64,000 bases of DNA, from assembly GCA_951406725.2 (NCBI GenBank), contig OX597831.1, positions 45,136,001-45,200,000 on the forward strand, in the 5' to 3' direction. A program made the position numbers and the translations under genes. Under the pieces are notes generated by a model. That model saw only the letters and a list, made by a program, of their open reading frames with translations, searched no databases and had not been told where the DNA came from. The DNA is from Octopus vulgaris (lineage: Eukaryota). Positions 50,131 through 63,589 of the stretch are shown here, piece by piece; position 1 is the first letter of the stretch; every line of letters begins with the position of its first letter.

Positions 50131-53100
50131 TATCATCATCATCGTTTAGCGTCCGCTTTCCATGCTAGCATGGGTTGGACGGGTCAACTGGGGTCTGTGA
50201 AGCTGGAAGGCTTCGTCAGGCCCAGTCAGATCTGGCAGTGTTTCTACGGCTGGATGCCCTTCCTAACGCCAACCACTCCGCGAGTGTAGTGGGTGTTTTT
50301 TACGTGCCACCTGCACAGGTGCCAGACAGAGCTGGCGAACGGCCACGAACGGATGGTGCTTTTACGTGTCACCGCACGGGGCCAGGCGATGCTGGCAACG
50401 GACACGAACGGATGGTGCTTTTACGTGCCACCGACACGGTTGCCAGACAGAGCTGGCAAACGGCCACGAGCGGACGGTGCTTTTACGTGTCACCGGCACG
50501 GGGCCAGCCAAGGCTGGCAACGGACACAAACGGACGGTGCTTTTACGTGCTACCGACACGGGGCCAGACAGAGCTGGCAAACGGCCACGAATGGATGGTG
50601 CTTTTACGTGCCACCGACACGGGGCCAGACAGAGCTGGCAAACGGCCACGAACGGACGGTGCTTTTACGTGTCACCGGCACGGGGCCAGGCAAGGCTGGC
50701 AACGAACACGAACGGATGGTGCTTTTACGTGCCACCGACACGGCGCCAGGCAGAGCTGGCAAACGGCCACGAGCGAATGGTGCTTTTACGTATCACCGGC
50801 ACGGGTGCCAGACAAGGCTGACAGTGGACATGAACGGATGGGTCACTTAACCCCTGCTTTCTGATATATGATTTGATTTTGATTGTTCTCACTGGTCTTG
50901 CCGGGTCTTCTCACGCACAGCATACTTCCATAGGTCTCGGTCTCTGGTCATTTCCTTGGTGAGACCTAGAGTTCGAAGGTCGTGCTTCACCACCTCGACC
51001 CAGGTTTTCCTGGGTCTACCTCTTCCACAGGTCCCCTCAACTGCCAGGGTGTGGCACTTTTTCACACACCTATCTTCATCCATTCTCACCACATGACCAT
51101 ACCAGCGCAATCGTCTCTCTTGCACACAACATCTAATTCCTCTTAGGTCCAACTTTTCTCTCAAGGTACTTACACTCTGTCGACTATGAACACTGACATT
51201 ACATATCCAACGGAGCATACTAGCTTCATTTCTCGCGAGCTTACGCATGTCCTCAGCAGTCACGGCCCATGTTTCACTGCCATGTAGCATGGCTGTTCGT
51301 ACACATGCATCATACAGTCTGCCTTTTACTCTGAGCGAGAGGCCTTTAGTCACCAACAGAGGTAAGAGCTCCCTAAACTTTGCCCAGGCTATTCTTACTC
51401 TAGCCGTTACACTTTCAGCACACCCACCCCCACTACTGACTTGGTCACCAAGATAACGGAAGCTATCAACTACTTCTAGTTTTTCCCCCTGGAAAGTGAC
51501 GGAAGTTGTTTTCTGCAGATTTTCAGAGGTTAATGCTCCCAAGCATCTGCCACATACAAAAACCATCTTCCTAGTTAGCCTTCCTATGACATTGCTGCAC
51601 CTCTTATGTGTCCATAGCTTACACTTGGTGCATCTTATAGAGTTTCTACCTACACCTTTTCTACAGATCGAGCAGGGCCATCTACCTGAAGGCGTTTGTG
51701 ATTTGTCTACCTTCCTACTTATTAGGACTTTGGTTTTAGCTAGGTTGACTCTAAGGCCCTTCAATTCTAAACCATGCTTCCACACCTGAAACTTCTTCTC
51801 CAGTTCTGATAATGACTCAGCAATTAGAGCAAGGTCATCAGCATAGAGGAGCTCCCAGGGGCATCCTGTCTTGAATTCCTCCGTTATTGCCTGGAGGACT
51901 ATGATAAATAGGAGGGGGCTGAGGACTGAGCCTTGGTGGACCCCTACCTCTACCCGGAATTCTTCACTGTACTCATTTCCAACCCTCACCTTACTAGCAG
52001 CGTCCCTGTACATGGCTTGCACAGCTCTCACTAACCATTCATCTATTCCTAGTTTCCTCATTGACCACCATATGAGGGATCAGGGGACCCTGTCGAAGGC
52101 TTTCTCCATGTCAACAAAAGCCAGGTACAGGGCCTTATCTTTGGCTAGGTATTTCTCCTGCAGCTGCTTTACCAGGAATATAGCATCAGTGGTACTTTTC
52201 CCTGGCATGAAACCAAACTGCATCTCATCTAAACTAACTCTCTCTCTAATTAGTTGGCTTATGACCCTCTCTATAACCTTCATCACCTGATCCAACAGCT
52301 TGATACCTCTGTAATTATTTGTATCTAGGGCATCACCTTTACCTTTGTAGCAGTTGACTATTATGCTGCTACACCAGTCATTGGGTATGACTCCTTCATG
52401 TATCAGCTGATTAACTATACAGGTGACTAGGCTATAGCCGACACTACCAGATATTTTGAGCATCTCTGCAGTGATACCTGATGGGCCTGGGGCTTTCCCT
52501 GTCTTCATGCTTCTAATTGCCTTAGCTACTAAGGAACTATCAACCCTGATAGCTGGTCCCTCTGTTGGGTCAACGTTCGGCAGACTCTCTTTATCCCATT
52601 CATTTTCTTTATTCAGCAACCTTTCATAGTGGCGTCTCCAAGCCTCTCTCTTTGCATCCTCGTTTAGCGCAAGTGAACCATCTTCCATGCGAACACACTT
52701 CTCTCCCACCACATCACAATTCTCTCTCACACACTGTCTTGCAACACGAAACACCAGTCTTTGGTCCTCACAGCGCAGAACATTGGCAAATTTTTTCTTA
52801 TCTGCTTCCCCTCTGGCTAGATAGACCTGTCTCCTAGCTTCCCTTTTAGCAGTCTGATACAATTCCCTGCTACCACCATTCTTCCAGTGCTTCCAAGTCT
52901 GTCTCTTTTCTCTAATAGCCCTGTCTACGACACTGTTCCACCACCACGTTACCTTGGGACGAGAGGGGACTTTGCACCAGCCACAGATCTGGTCAGTGGC
53001 TCTCAGCAGGTTGTCCCTTAGAAACGTCCAGTTGTCCTCTACTCCATGTGATACACTATCCCCTTCTACTTCGTCAAAGGCTTCAAGTAACATGTCTCTA

Positions 53101-53716
53101 AATCTCTGTCCATTCACAGGATCCTTAAGCTTCCAGATCCTTCTTCTCCATGTTGGTCGTCTTCTGGTTGTCCTCCTACTCCTGATCCTAAAGTCACTAA
53201 CTACCAGTCTATGTTGTGGGGTGCATTCTTTGCCTGGGAAGGTTTTGGCATTTATAAGTAGCCATCTCTCCCTTTGCCTGGCAAGGATGTAGTCAATTTG
53301 GCTGGTATGTTGGCCCGATCGGTAGGTGACTAGATGGCTGGTAGGTTTCCTGAAGTTAGTGTTGCAAATCATAAGATTATTTGCATCGCAGAACTCCAGC
53401 AGCCTGGTTCCCTCCTTGTTGCGGGAACCAGAGCCATAGCCTCCATGTACGCCATGGAAGCCCCCAGCATGTCGTCCAACGTGACCATTGAAGTCACCAG
53501 CCACAAAGAGAAGGTCTCTGTCGTTCGTCAACGAGGTAGTCTGCAGTAGAGTGTCATAGAATCGGTCTTTCTGTCCATCAGGTAGCCCCGACTGAGGAGC
53601 ATAGGCTGATATAATGGTTGCTAAACTATGATGAAGTGCTAATCTAATCTTAAGTATTCTGTCGCATACTCTGATTACCTCAATTACTTTATCTACCCAT
53701 TACTTTATCTACCCAT
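50131..53716 (-). mobile_element. 5'-truncated, nearly intact RTE-clade LINE (APE-RT) in a Rab11 intron
   Basis: APE motifs (AYAPQ, AGDFNGHVG, QIDYIL, QHRLVV) and RT motifs (NYRGIKLL, FVDMEKAFDRV, GVHQGSVLSP, LLYADD, FRYLG). ORFs 53531-52080 and 52061-50889 are one frame broken by a single TGA. (GAT)n tail; both ends sit in (TA)n. Confidence 0.95.
50285..50845 (-). repeat. ~60-bp tandem array in the RTE 3' UTR
   Basis: About 9 units of GGTGCTTTTACGTG.CACCG.CACGGGGCCAG..A..GCTGGCAA.CGG.CACGAACGGA in alternating variants. Confidence 0.92.
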
Positions 53717-53940
53717 ATATATATATGTACGTATGTATATATATATATATATATGTATGTATATATATATATGTGTGTGTGTGTGTATATGCATAAGTGT
53801 ATCTCAGACAGTAGTGGTTGGTGCAATACACTGGCTTGCCAGCTCCTGTCAAACCATTTGACTCATGTCAACATGGGAAATGGGACAATGATGCTGCTAC
53901 CGATAATGACATACGTTGTGTATAATATTTCTTCCTGCAG

Positions 53941-54024
53941 AAATGTGAACATCAAAGGGAAAGTGGTGCGAGTTCAAATATGGGATACGGCAGGTCAGGA
54001 GCGGTACCGTGCAATTACAAGCGT
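53941..54024 (+). CDS. Rab11: Rab11-family GTPase, coding exon (G3, switch II)
   Basis: cttcctgcag|(R)[27 protein letters not shown](V)|gtgagt; 84 nt, phase 2 to phase 2. Confidence 0.95.
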
Positions 54025-55479
54025 GTGAGTATTTGATGTCTTTTGTCTTCAACTCTTTTCCTTGTCTAACAAGGGGTTTTTTTTTGGGGGGTGGGGTCTC
54101 AATCAGAGTGATTCTTTTGGTTGTATCCTCCAGTTGGTTTGGAATAATTCTTTCTGCTATAGGCACAAAGCCTGAAATTATGGAGAGGGCCTTCTAGTCC
54201 ATTCTGTAAATAGCATTTAAACCATCCATATCTAGCCCAAATATTCTACCTGTTTTATGTTTAAACCGACTAGATCCAGCCTCTCCTACCTATCATACAA
54301 TGTCAATAAACAATCACATCATTGAAATCTCATGTACATGAGATAATACATAATGAATCCAAAACAACATGAATAAATAAGCATTACATTTAATAGAGAA
54401 ACCTTAATGCTAATGGGCAAAATTAAATAATTTTAATTAATCTAAATAACTTAATTTAGATTAAACAGGATGCTTAGAAGATTATTAATTTTAAAGTTTT
54501 AGATTTTATTTTAATTAGATTTTTTAAATTAATTTTTTGGGGTGGGTTTTAATTTAATTAGATTGCAAATGCAAGTGGCTGAAATGGGGTCCTTCCAAAG
54601 GGTTTCTGAAACAGCATTACTTGACAGGATGCATTGCTCAGGGATCAGGGCGTCTCTCCAAGCTTAACCAAGACTACTCCACATTGAGGGGTCACACCTC
54701 TTGTACTATGAATATGTGATTAGAATGTCACAGGAAAGAATCACTTGACATTGGGCCTCATGGAGGCAATAAAAAGTGACCAAAACCTTTGGCAATATGC
54801 TGTACTTGAGAAGACCTGTCAAGCCAAGTGAAATTGTAGTCATGGCTGATGCCAGTGTCACATAACTGGCACCTGTACCAGTGACATGTGAAAAGCACCC
54901 TTTGAATATCAGGCCTTTGGTGATATGCCATGCTTGAGAAGCCCCATCAAGCCAAGTGAAATCATAGTCATGGCCAATGCTAGTGTCATGTAACTGGCAC
55001 GTAATAAGCACCCATCTCATTCTCGGAGTGGTTGGCATTAGGAAGGGCATCCAGCCATAGAAACCAAGCCAAATCAGATCGGAACCTGGTGTAGCCCTCC
55101 AGCTCACCAGTTCTAGTCAAACCGTCTAACCCATGCCAGCATGGAAAGCAGACGCCAAATGATGATGCTAAACGACAACGACAGTGGTGACGGGTCCCCT
55201 CAAACCAAGCCTTCTGGCATTAGACCTACAGATGGACCAAGAATGAAATGACTGGATAATAACTATAGCCTCAGTTGGTCAAACTTGGGAATCCAGCCAG
55301 AAAGTCTAATGGCATTTACATCTAATTGGACCCTATGGAGGAGGGTGCGCCTGAAGACTCTACCTCCATAACCTTCCTAGGAATAGCAGGTGTATAGATG
55401 GGTTTAATTAGATTTTTCTTGCAATAAGACTTTTAATTTCAGAATTATTGAAATGCTCACTTCAACTTAAATATAACCA

Positions 55480-55680
55480 CATGTGGACCGTTGGCGATTT
55501 TTTCATCCCTCTTCGTTTTCTCTTGGACTTTCCTCTGTCTCCTGTTTCTGAAGAAGAGCTTTGCTCAAAACGTAAAACTATCTTTCTTTTGTTCTCTTTG
55601 CATGTACCATGTCCTCGTGTTGTTTTTCTCCTGTTGTTTTTTCTTCATTTTTTTTTTGGTGTGGAGGGGATTAACTTGAA
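55480..55680 (+). mobile_element. Short element with minimal hammerhead motif
   Basis: 55544-55578: GTTT CTGAAGA A GAGC TTT GCTC AAAAC GTA AAAC (G12 mutated); related to 36650-36853. Confidence 0.6.
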
Positions 55681-56278
55681 ATAGTCTGTAATGCATTGAT
55701 ACCTGGATATCCTTGTTACTTACTTGCATTTTGTACACCTAACTTTGAGCTGCCCGGACTATACTGAACTGGTTTGGTGCATCAATTTAAGTACCTAATT
55801 CAACTGAATCTTAATTATATATATATATATATATCAATAATAATAAAGGGTAAAATTAATTAATTAATTAATTAATAATTAATAATTCCACCAAGTAGTA
55901 TTCGGTATATTAAAAGGACCATTTACGGTACACTTAAACAATATTTTTTATAATTATGAATATAATTATAATTAGGGTTTGGCAAAAAAATTTGCTTAAC
56001 CACATACCGAACTTTAGAAATAGCAGCCAAAGAACCTAGCTATTTCTTCTACTGTAAGAAACAATTCCCAGACATTTTAAAACTGATGTAATACTTACAG
56101 TGTTTAATAAAATGCAGTAGCATGAAACAATTCTACTACTCTACCTTTGATATACCTGTTGCTTATTTTGATTATAATCCACCATTTGATTTATATGGAT
56201 AATGTGCTTACTCTGGTATATATATTTTACCTGAATATATATATATATATGTATAAATATATCTTTTCTTTGTTTCAG

Positions 56279-56472
56279 ATACTATCGTGGAGCTGTTGGA
56301 GCACTTGTGGTGTATGATATCACAAAACCAGCATCATTTAGCAACTTGGAAAAATGGCTTGGAGAGTTACATGAACATGCTGACCAAGATGTTTGTTTAA
56401 TGGTGGTTGGGAACAAGACTGACTTACATCATCTACGAGCCGTAACACTTGACGAGGGCCGATTGTTAGCTG
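56279..56472 (+). CDS. Rab11: Rab11-family GTPase, coding exon (G4 NKxD)
   Basis: tgtttcag|(V)[64 protein letters not shown](E)|gtaaat; 194 nt, phase 2 to phase 1. Confidence 0.96.
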
Positions 56473-56584
56473 GTAAATTTAAGGCATTTTATATTTGGTT
56501 GCTCTATCCAAGTTCTTTTGGGTTTAGTTGATGAAAAATCTTAATTTCTTTGAATAGGAACCACATCTCTTTTTCCTTTTTAAT

Positions 56585-57870
56585 TTTGTGGCTGTGTGAT
56601 AAGAAGCTTGCTTTTCGATCTCATTGTTTTGAGTTCAGTCCCACTGGATGACACCTTGGGTTAGTGTTTTCTTATTTCTTTACTGTCCACAAAGGGGACA
56701 AACAAGGGCAGACAAACGAATTAAGTCAATTATATCGACCCCAGTGCGAAACTGGTACTTATTTAATCGACCCGAAAGGATGAAAGGCAAAGTAGACCTT
56801 GGCGGAATCTGAACTCAGAACGTAATGGCAGTTGAAATACCTATTTCTTTACTACCCACAAGGGGCTAAACACAGAAGGGACAAACAAGGACAGACAAAC
56901 GGATTAAATCGATTATATCGACCACAGTGCATAACTGGTACTTATTTATTGACCCCGAAAGGATGAAAGGCAAAGTTAACCTTGGCTGAATTTGAACCCA
57001 GAACATAACGGCAGACGAAATACCGCTAAGCATTTTGCCCTGCATGCTAACTTTTCTGCCAGCTCGCCACCTTAAACCTTAACTTAAAACTAACCTTGGG
57101 TTAGTCTTTTCTACTTTAGCCTTGTAAGTGATTAGGTAGATAGAAACTGAAAGAAGCCTGTTGCGTGTGTGTGTGTGCACATGCACATTTGTCTTTATGT
57201 CTGTGTTTGTCTCCCACCACCACTTAACCAGTATTAGTGTGTTTATGTCTTCACAAGTGAAATCAAAATCAAATCAAATTCACAAATTCGATGACTGGCA
57301 CCCATGCCAGTGGAGCACTAAGAACACCATCCGAGCATGATCGCTGCCAGAGCAGCTGACTGGCTTCCATACCGGTGGCATGTAAAAAGCACCATTCAAA
57401 CGTGATCGTTACCTACATCACCTTACTGACACTTGTGCCGGTGGCATGTGAAAAACATTCGAGGGAGGTCATTGCCAGTGTCGCTGGACTGGCTCCTGTA
57501 CAGGTGGCACATAAAAAACACCACTGGAGCGTGGCTGTTGCCAGTACCACCTGACTGGCCCTCGTGCTGGTGGCACGTAAGAGCGCCCACTACACTCTCA
57601 GAGTGGTTGGCGTTAGGAAGGGCATGTAGCTGTAGAAACTCTGCCAGATCAAATTGGAGCCTGGTGCAGCCATCTGGTTCGCCATTCCTCAGTCAAATCG
57701 TCCAACCCATGCTAGCATGGAAAGCAGACATTAAACAATGATGTTGATGATGATAATGAATTTAGCAGTTCGGCAAAAAGGACTGATAAAATGAATACCA
57801 GGCTTAAAGAAGAAAAGTATGTACTGGGGTTGATTCATTCAATTAAATAATTCTTCAAGGTGGTGTCCTT
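56585..57870 (+). mobile_element. Old SINE A with nested inverted SINE B dimer (56670-57075) and RTE tail (57260-57760)
   Basis: SINE A segments resume after each insert; ACCTTGGGTTAGT is duplicated at about 56653 and 57093. Confidence 0.8.
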
Positions 57871-59034
57871 CTACCAGCCAAAATGTTGTGGTAACAACAA
57901 ACAAGATGAAGACACATATCCATCCAATGTAAATAATGTACGGAATGCCTCATCTCTAAAATATACAACAGTAATCATGTATTATTTTGTACCTTCAAAA
58001 TTTTGATGAAGTAATTGTTTTAGTCTTAGAATAATATTATAGAGTCACCTTGAAGAATTTTTATTTGAAAAAATTGACTCCAACTCTTATTTCTTTTTTT
58101 AATCCTGGTACTTGTTCTATCTGTCTCTTTTGCCAAACTGCTAACTTACAGGGACATAAACACAACAATACCAGATATACAATGGGCTTCTTTCAATTTC
58201 TGTCCACCAAACCCACTCACAAGGCCGGATCTGTTTGGCCTGAACATAAAATAGGTAGAATATTTGGGACGGATGTGGCCAGTTTAAATGTTAAAGAATT
58301 AATGATGGTTCAACAGTAGATGAAGTGTGTTGCTTTTTGGTTCTTGAACTCTTTCTGGATATCATTAATATGCTGACTCAGATCTCACTTCTGGTTACAG
58401 TAGACTGAACCTGTAATGTTAGGTAGAATGGAAATACATGTCTGACTCATGACATAATATGAATCAGTGACCTGTGGATCAGAAGTTTGACATCCTGTCG
58501 ACTCCTCCAGCCCTGACTCAGATACTATATGACATATTACTGTATTTGGTTACTGACGTTGTTGTTGTTGTTGCTGTTGCTGTGTTGTTTTTAGCATTCC
58601 AGCACCCTAATGACTGTCAGTTTGCTGCTGTGAGGAATAGCAGTTCCTTAATGTCTTTTATTTTCTTTGATCCTTTCTCACTGGTTAGTTTTCCATTACT
58701 AGAAAGCAACATTTGTATCTCATTGCAAAGCAATACATATAAAGGAGGGAAGACAGCCTCTGAAAAATATCTCAAATCTTCAAGAGGTGGAGCAAAACAT
58801 TTACAATGATAATTACAGACGTTAGTTATTGAGGAAATACCACAGACACTCTAGGTATCTGTTAATCTCTAATACTACTACACATATTTTACATTTTACC
58901 TCAACACTATACAGAAAGCATTGGCAGAGAATTCCCTTCTTATTCTTGTCGGACATCATCAACTCCTTTATTTTCATGTGATTTTACTTTAATTTTAATT
59001 AATTCATTTTTTTTTATCTATTATTTTATTTTGT

Positions 59035-59221
59035 TATGTTTTACTTGTTTCAGTCATTAGGCTGTGGCCATGCTGGGGCATCGCCTTGAAGAATTTATAG
59101 TCGAATGAATCGTCTCCAGTATTTGTTTCTCTGGTCTCTTTTGCCAAACCGCTAAGTTATGCAGACGTAAACATAACAACACTAGTTGTCAAGCAGTTGC
59201 ACAAAGACACATACACACACA

Positions 59222-59262
<41 letters not shown>

Positions 59263-59734
59263 CACGACACGACACACTTCTTTCAGTTTCTATCCACCAA
59301 ACCCCCTCATAAGGCTTTGGTCGGCCTGAGGTTATTGTTGAAGACACTTGCCCAGGGTACCACACAGTGGGACTGAACCTGAAACCATGTGGTTGGAAAG
59401 CAAACTTTTTACTTCACAGCCATCCCTGCACCTAAACAGCCACACCTATTTATATATTTATGTATTATTTATTTTTATTAATTTTTTTATCTGTGTTATA
59501 GCACAAATTACTCTTTTACTTGTTTCAATCATTTGACTGTGGCCATGCTGGAGCACCGTCTTTAATCGAGCAAATCGACCCCAGGACTTATTCTTTGTAA
59601 GCCTAGTACTTATTCTATCAGTCACTTTTGCCAAACCGCTAAGTTATGGGGACGTAAACACACCAGCATCAGTTGTCAAGTGATGTTGGGGGGACAGACA
59701 CAGACACACAAATATTCACACACGCACACACACG

Positions 59735-59788
<54 letters not shown>

Positions 59789-59960
59789 CATATATATGAC
59801 GGGCTTCTTTCAGTTTCCACCTACCAAATCCACTCACACCGCTTTGGTCGGCCCTAGGCTCTAGTAGAAGACACTTGCCCAAGGTGCTACGCAGTGGATC
59901 TGAACCCGGAACCATGTGGCTGGTAAGCAAGCTACTTACCACACAGTCACTCCTGCACCT
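59035..59960 (-). mobile_element. Two SINE A copies (59035-59430, 59510-59960)
   Basis: Family match. Confidence 0.88.
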
Positions 59961-59977
59961 ATATGTGTGTGTGCATA

Positions 59978-60037
<60 letters not shown>

Positions 60038-60461
60038 GCTGGTTTAAATGGTAAAGGGTTAAAGTGGTTGGTGTTAGGGAGGGCATTCAGCCATAAAAAC
60101 CTAGCCAAAACAGACATGGTATCCTGAGGTAGTCTTCTACTTGGCTGGCTTCTGTCAACCATCCGACCCATGCATGCATGGAAGATGGATGTTAAATGAT
60201 ATTAATGATGATATATGCATGCATGCATGTATGTATGTATGTATTAATATCATTAAAAGCACCGAGCTGGCAGAATTGTTAAGCATACCAAAGAAAATGT
60301 TTAATAGCATTTCATCCATCCATATGTTCTGAGTTCAAATTCTGCCATGGTCAACTTTCCCTTTCTTCCTTTCAAGGTCAATAAAATAAGTACCAGTTGA
60401 GCACTGGGGGTCAATACAATCGACCCACCCGCTTGCCCCAACTTGTTGGCCTTGTGACAAA

Positions 60462-60498
<37 letters not shown>

Positions 60499-60503
<5 letters not shown>

Positions 60504-61040
60504 TCCACCTTAGCAAAGGCAGAGCTACTGTTTTCAGTCATGTTAGTTTGTTTGTTTGTCTGTGGACAAGATATCTTAAGAACCACTGGATGAATTTGGT
60601 TGAAACTTTCAGAGATGTTTGGCCTTGTAACTGGCACAAACTTATTATATTTTGGGATCAATCTAGTACCATACAAGGATTCTGGATTATTTTTCTTGGT
60701 TTTTTTTTAACTTAATTTTTGAGAGTGGTTGGGTACCCTCTCTCTCTTTCGGAGAGGCACTGAGCAGCTGTACGCACACATACACACACGACAGTAACTT
60801 CCACCTACCGAATTCAATCACAAAGCTCCGGTCGGCTCGGGGCTATAGTGGAAGACACCTACCCAAAGTGCCACGCAGTGGGACTGAACCCGAAACCATG
60901 CAGTTCATTTTTAGTATTCTCGTTTGTGAGAGCACTCGAGTTTATTTCAGATATTCTCATTTTAAAAATCATCTCTGGCTAATCGTTGAGAGGACATTGG
61001 TGTTACCTTGCTGGAGGTTTGTGCTCTCTGAGTGTTCTTA
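60499..61040 (+). mobile_element. HINE-like element with nested SINE fragment
   Basis: Homologous to 11710-11990; ends GGAGGTTTGTGCTCTCTGAGTG; sits in (ATT)n. Confidence 0.65.
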
Positions 61041-61084
61041 TTGTTATGATTATTATCATTATTATTATTATTAGTGCCTAAGCA

Positions 61085-61660
61085 TATCTGATATATAGGT
61101 TATGTTGAACACTTGCTGTCACGTATAGGACATGTCTGCTTTTTCACTGATTCCATCTGCCTTCCTTTGGCTGGCAAAGAGATGCAATTTTCACCTATGG
61201 CCATAGTGAAAGATTTTGTGTGGTGGTCTAGCGTGAAAGAGCTGAATACAGAGGCTTTCCACTTTGAACTACCCCACATCAACTTTTTCAGATACCATCT
61301 TAAAAGGAAAGTTTTGGGTTGAGAGAGAAGTGCTGACTTCCAGCAAACCTGTTGAAAGGTGTGTGAATGTGGCAAAGATGGTCCATGTCAACGGGCCTAC
61401 TCTGAGCATGTCCTTTTGAGTTTCCAAGGCTGACAGAGAGAGAAAGATGGGAAGAGGGCTCTTGCCCTAGTGGTCAGAGTGCTTGTGGATTTTTCGTGGG
61501 GTTTCCACGAGTAGCCCTGAGTTGGTTACCTCCTTTAGGCATTTTCTCTGTTATATTTTCCATTGTTATCGACTTTTTACATGACACTTTATGTAACCCC
61601 ACTTTGTCTTTCATGTCCAATCTTATTTTTGTCGGCCCTTGTGGCTAATAACGGAAGGAT
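61085..61660 (+). mobile_element. 3' end of a LINE (Tx1/L1-like ORF2 C-terminus and 3' UTR)
   Basis: HLLSRIGHV...VKDFVWW...NFFRYHLKRKV, then a pyrimidine-rich UTR ending GGCCCTTGTGGCTAATAA before (ATT)n. Confidence 0.5.
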
Positions 61661-61759
61661 TATTATTATCATTATTACTAGTAGTAGTAGTAAGTAGTAG
61701 TAGCATATTTTATGTTACACATCTATATTATATTACATTAGTAATACACTTCTTCTGTA

Positions 61760-62290
<531 letters not shown>

Positions 62291-62369
62291 TGAATGAGTT
62301 GTAATGTCACCTAACTTCTTTTAATCTGAAATATTTTTTTGAATATTTTTTTTTTTCCCTCTCCTTCAG

Positions 62370-62450
62370 AAAAACACAATTTTTCCTTCATTGAAACATC
62401 AGCTCTAGACGCAACGAATGTCGGTGAAGCCTTCAATAATCTCTTAGTTG
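62370..62450 (+). CDS. Rab11: Rab11-family GTPase, coding exon (G5 ETSA)
   Basis: ctccttcag|(E)KHNFSFIETSALDATNVGEAFNNLLV|gtaagt; 81 nt, phase 1 to phase 1. Confidence 0.95.
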
Positions 62451-62836
62451 GTAAGTGCATCTTCTATCTAACTCAACTTATACATGGCTGTGATGCACAG
62501 CTCATATAACTTTAAAATTATGAACCATATTATATGACTCAAGTTAAGATGAGTTTTCCAGCTGATATGTCTTATGAACATCGTTGGCATTAAACTAAAT
62601 GAAATAACTGATGACTATATATATATATATATATATATATATCATACGAGTTTTTTGTTTGTTTTATTTATTCTTTTTTTTTTTTTTGTTATTTTAAATT
62701 TGTTGCACTTGATCTTACTGTTTTATCTGACTCAAGGTATATTTAGTTATGGTTGGCGAGCACGGCTTATGGAGCTGATACTAAAGCTGTGCTTTCCAGC
62801 AGATAGTCATACTTAGCAGAGCATATACATGTAATC

Positions 62837-63357
62837 GTGTGTGTGTGTATTTGTATGTGCGTGTGTGGAAGTGTATATGGTGTGCGTGTGTATATATATA
62901 CATATATATGTATGTATGTATGTATTTACATATATATATATATACACATATATGTATATATAAGTATGTATATGTATACATATATGTGTATATGTATATA
63001 TATGTTTATATATATGTATGTATGTGTATGTATATATATATATATATGTATATATGTGTGTGTATATATATATATATAGTGTATATATATATATATATAT
63101 ATAGTGTATATATGTCTATATATGTATATTATATACATATATATATGTATGTATGTCTGTATGTATGTATATATATATGTATTTATGTATACATATATAT
63201 ATATGTATGTATGTGTATATATATATATGTATGTGATATACGTCTATATATGTATATTTTATATATATATATATATGTATGTATGTATGTATATATATGT
63301 ATGCATGTATGTATGTATATATATATGTATGTATGTATGTATATATATGTATGTATG

Positions 63358-63390
<33 letters not shown>

Positions 63391-63530
63391 ATATATATAT
63401 GTATGTGTCTGTATATATATATATGTATGTATATATATGTCTATATATATATATATATATATATTATATTATATTATCTGTATATATATATATATATATA
63501 TTATATTATATTATATTATCTGTCTATATA

Positions 63531-63584
<54 letters not shown>
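62837..63584. repeat. (TA/TG/TATG)n microsatellite
   Basis: Direct reading. Confidence 0.97.

Positions 63585-63589
<5 letters not shown>

Noticed and set aside
50175-50864. Repetitive ORFs and a CRISPR-like look of the 60-bp array
   Set aside because: Tandem units without unique spacers, inside an RTE 3' UTR; no cas genes; eukaryotic context.
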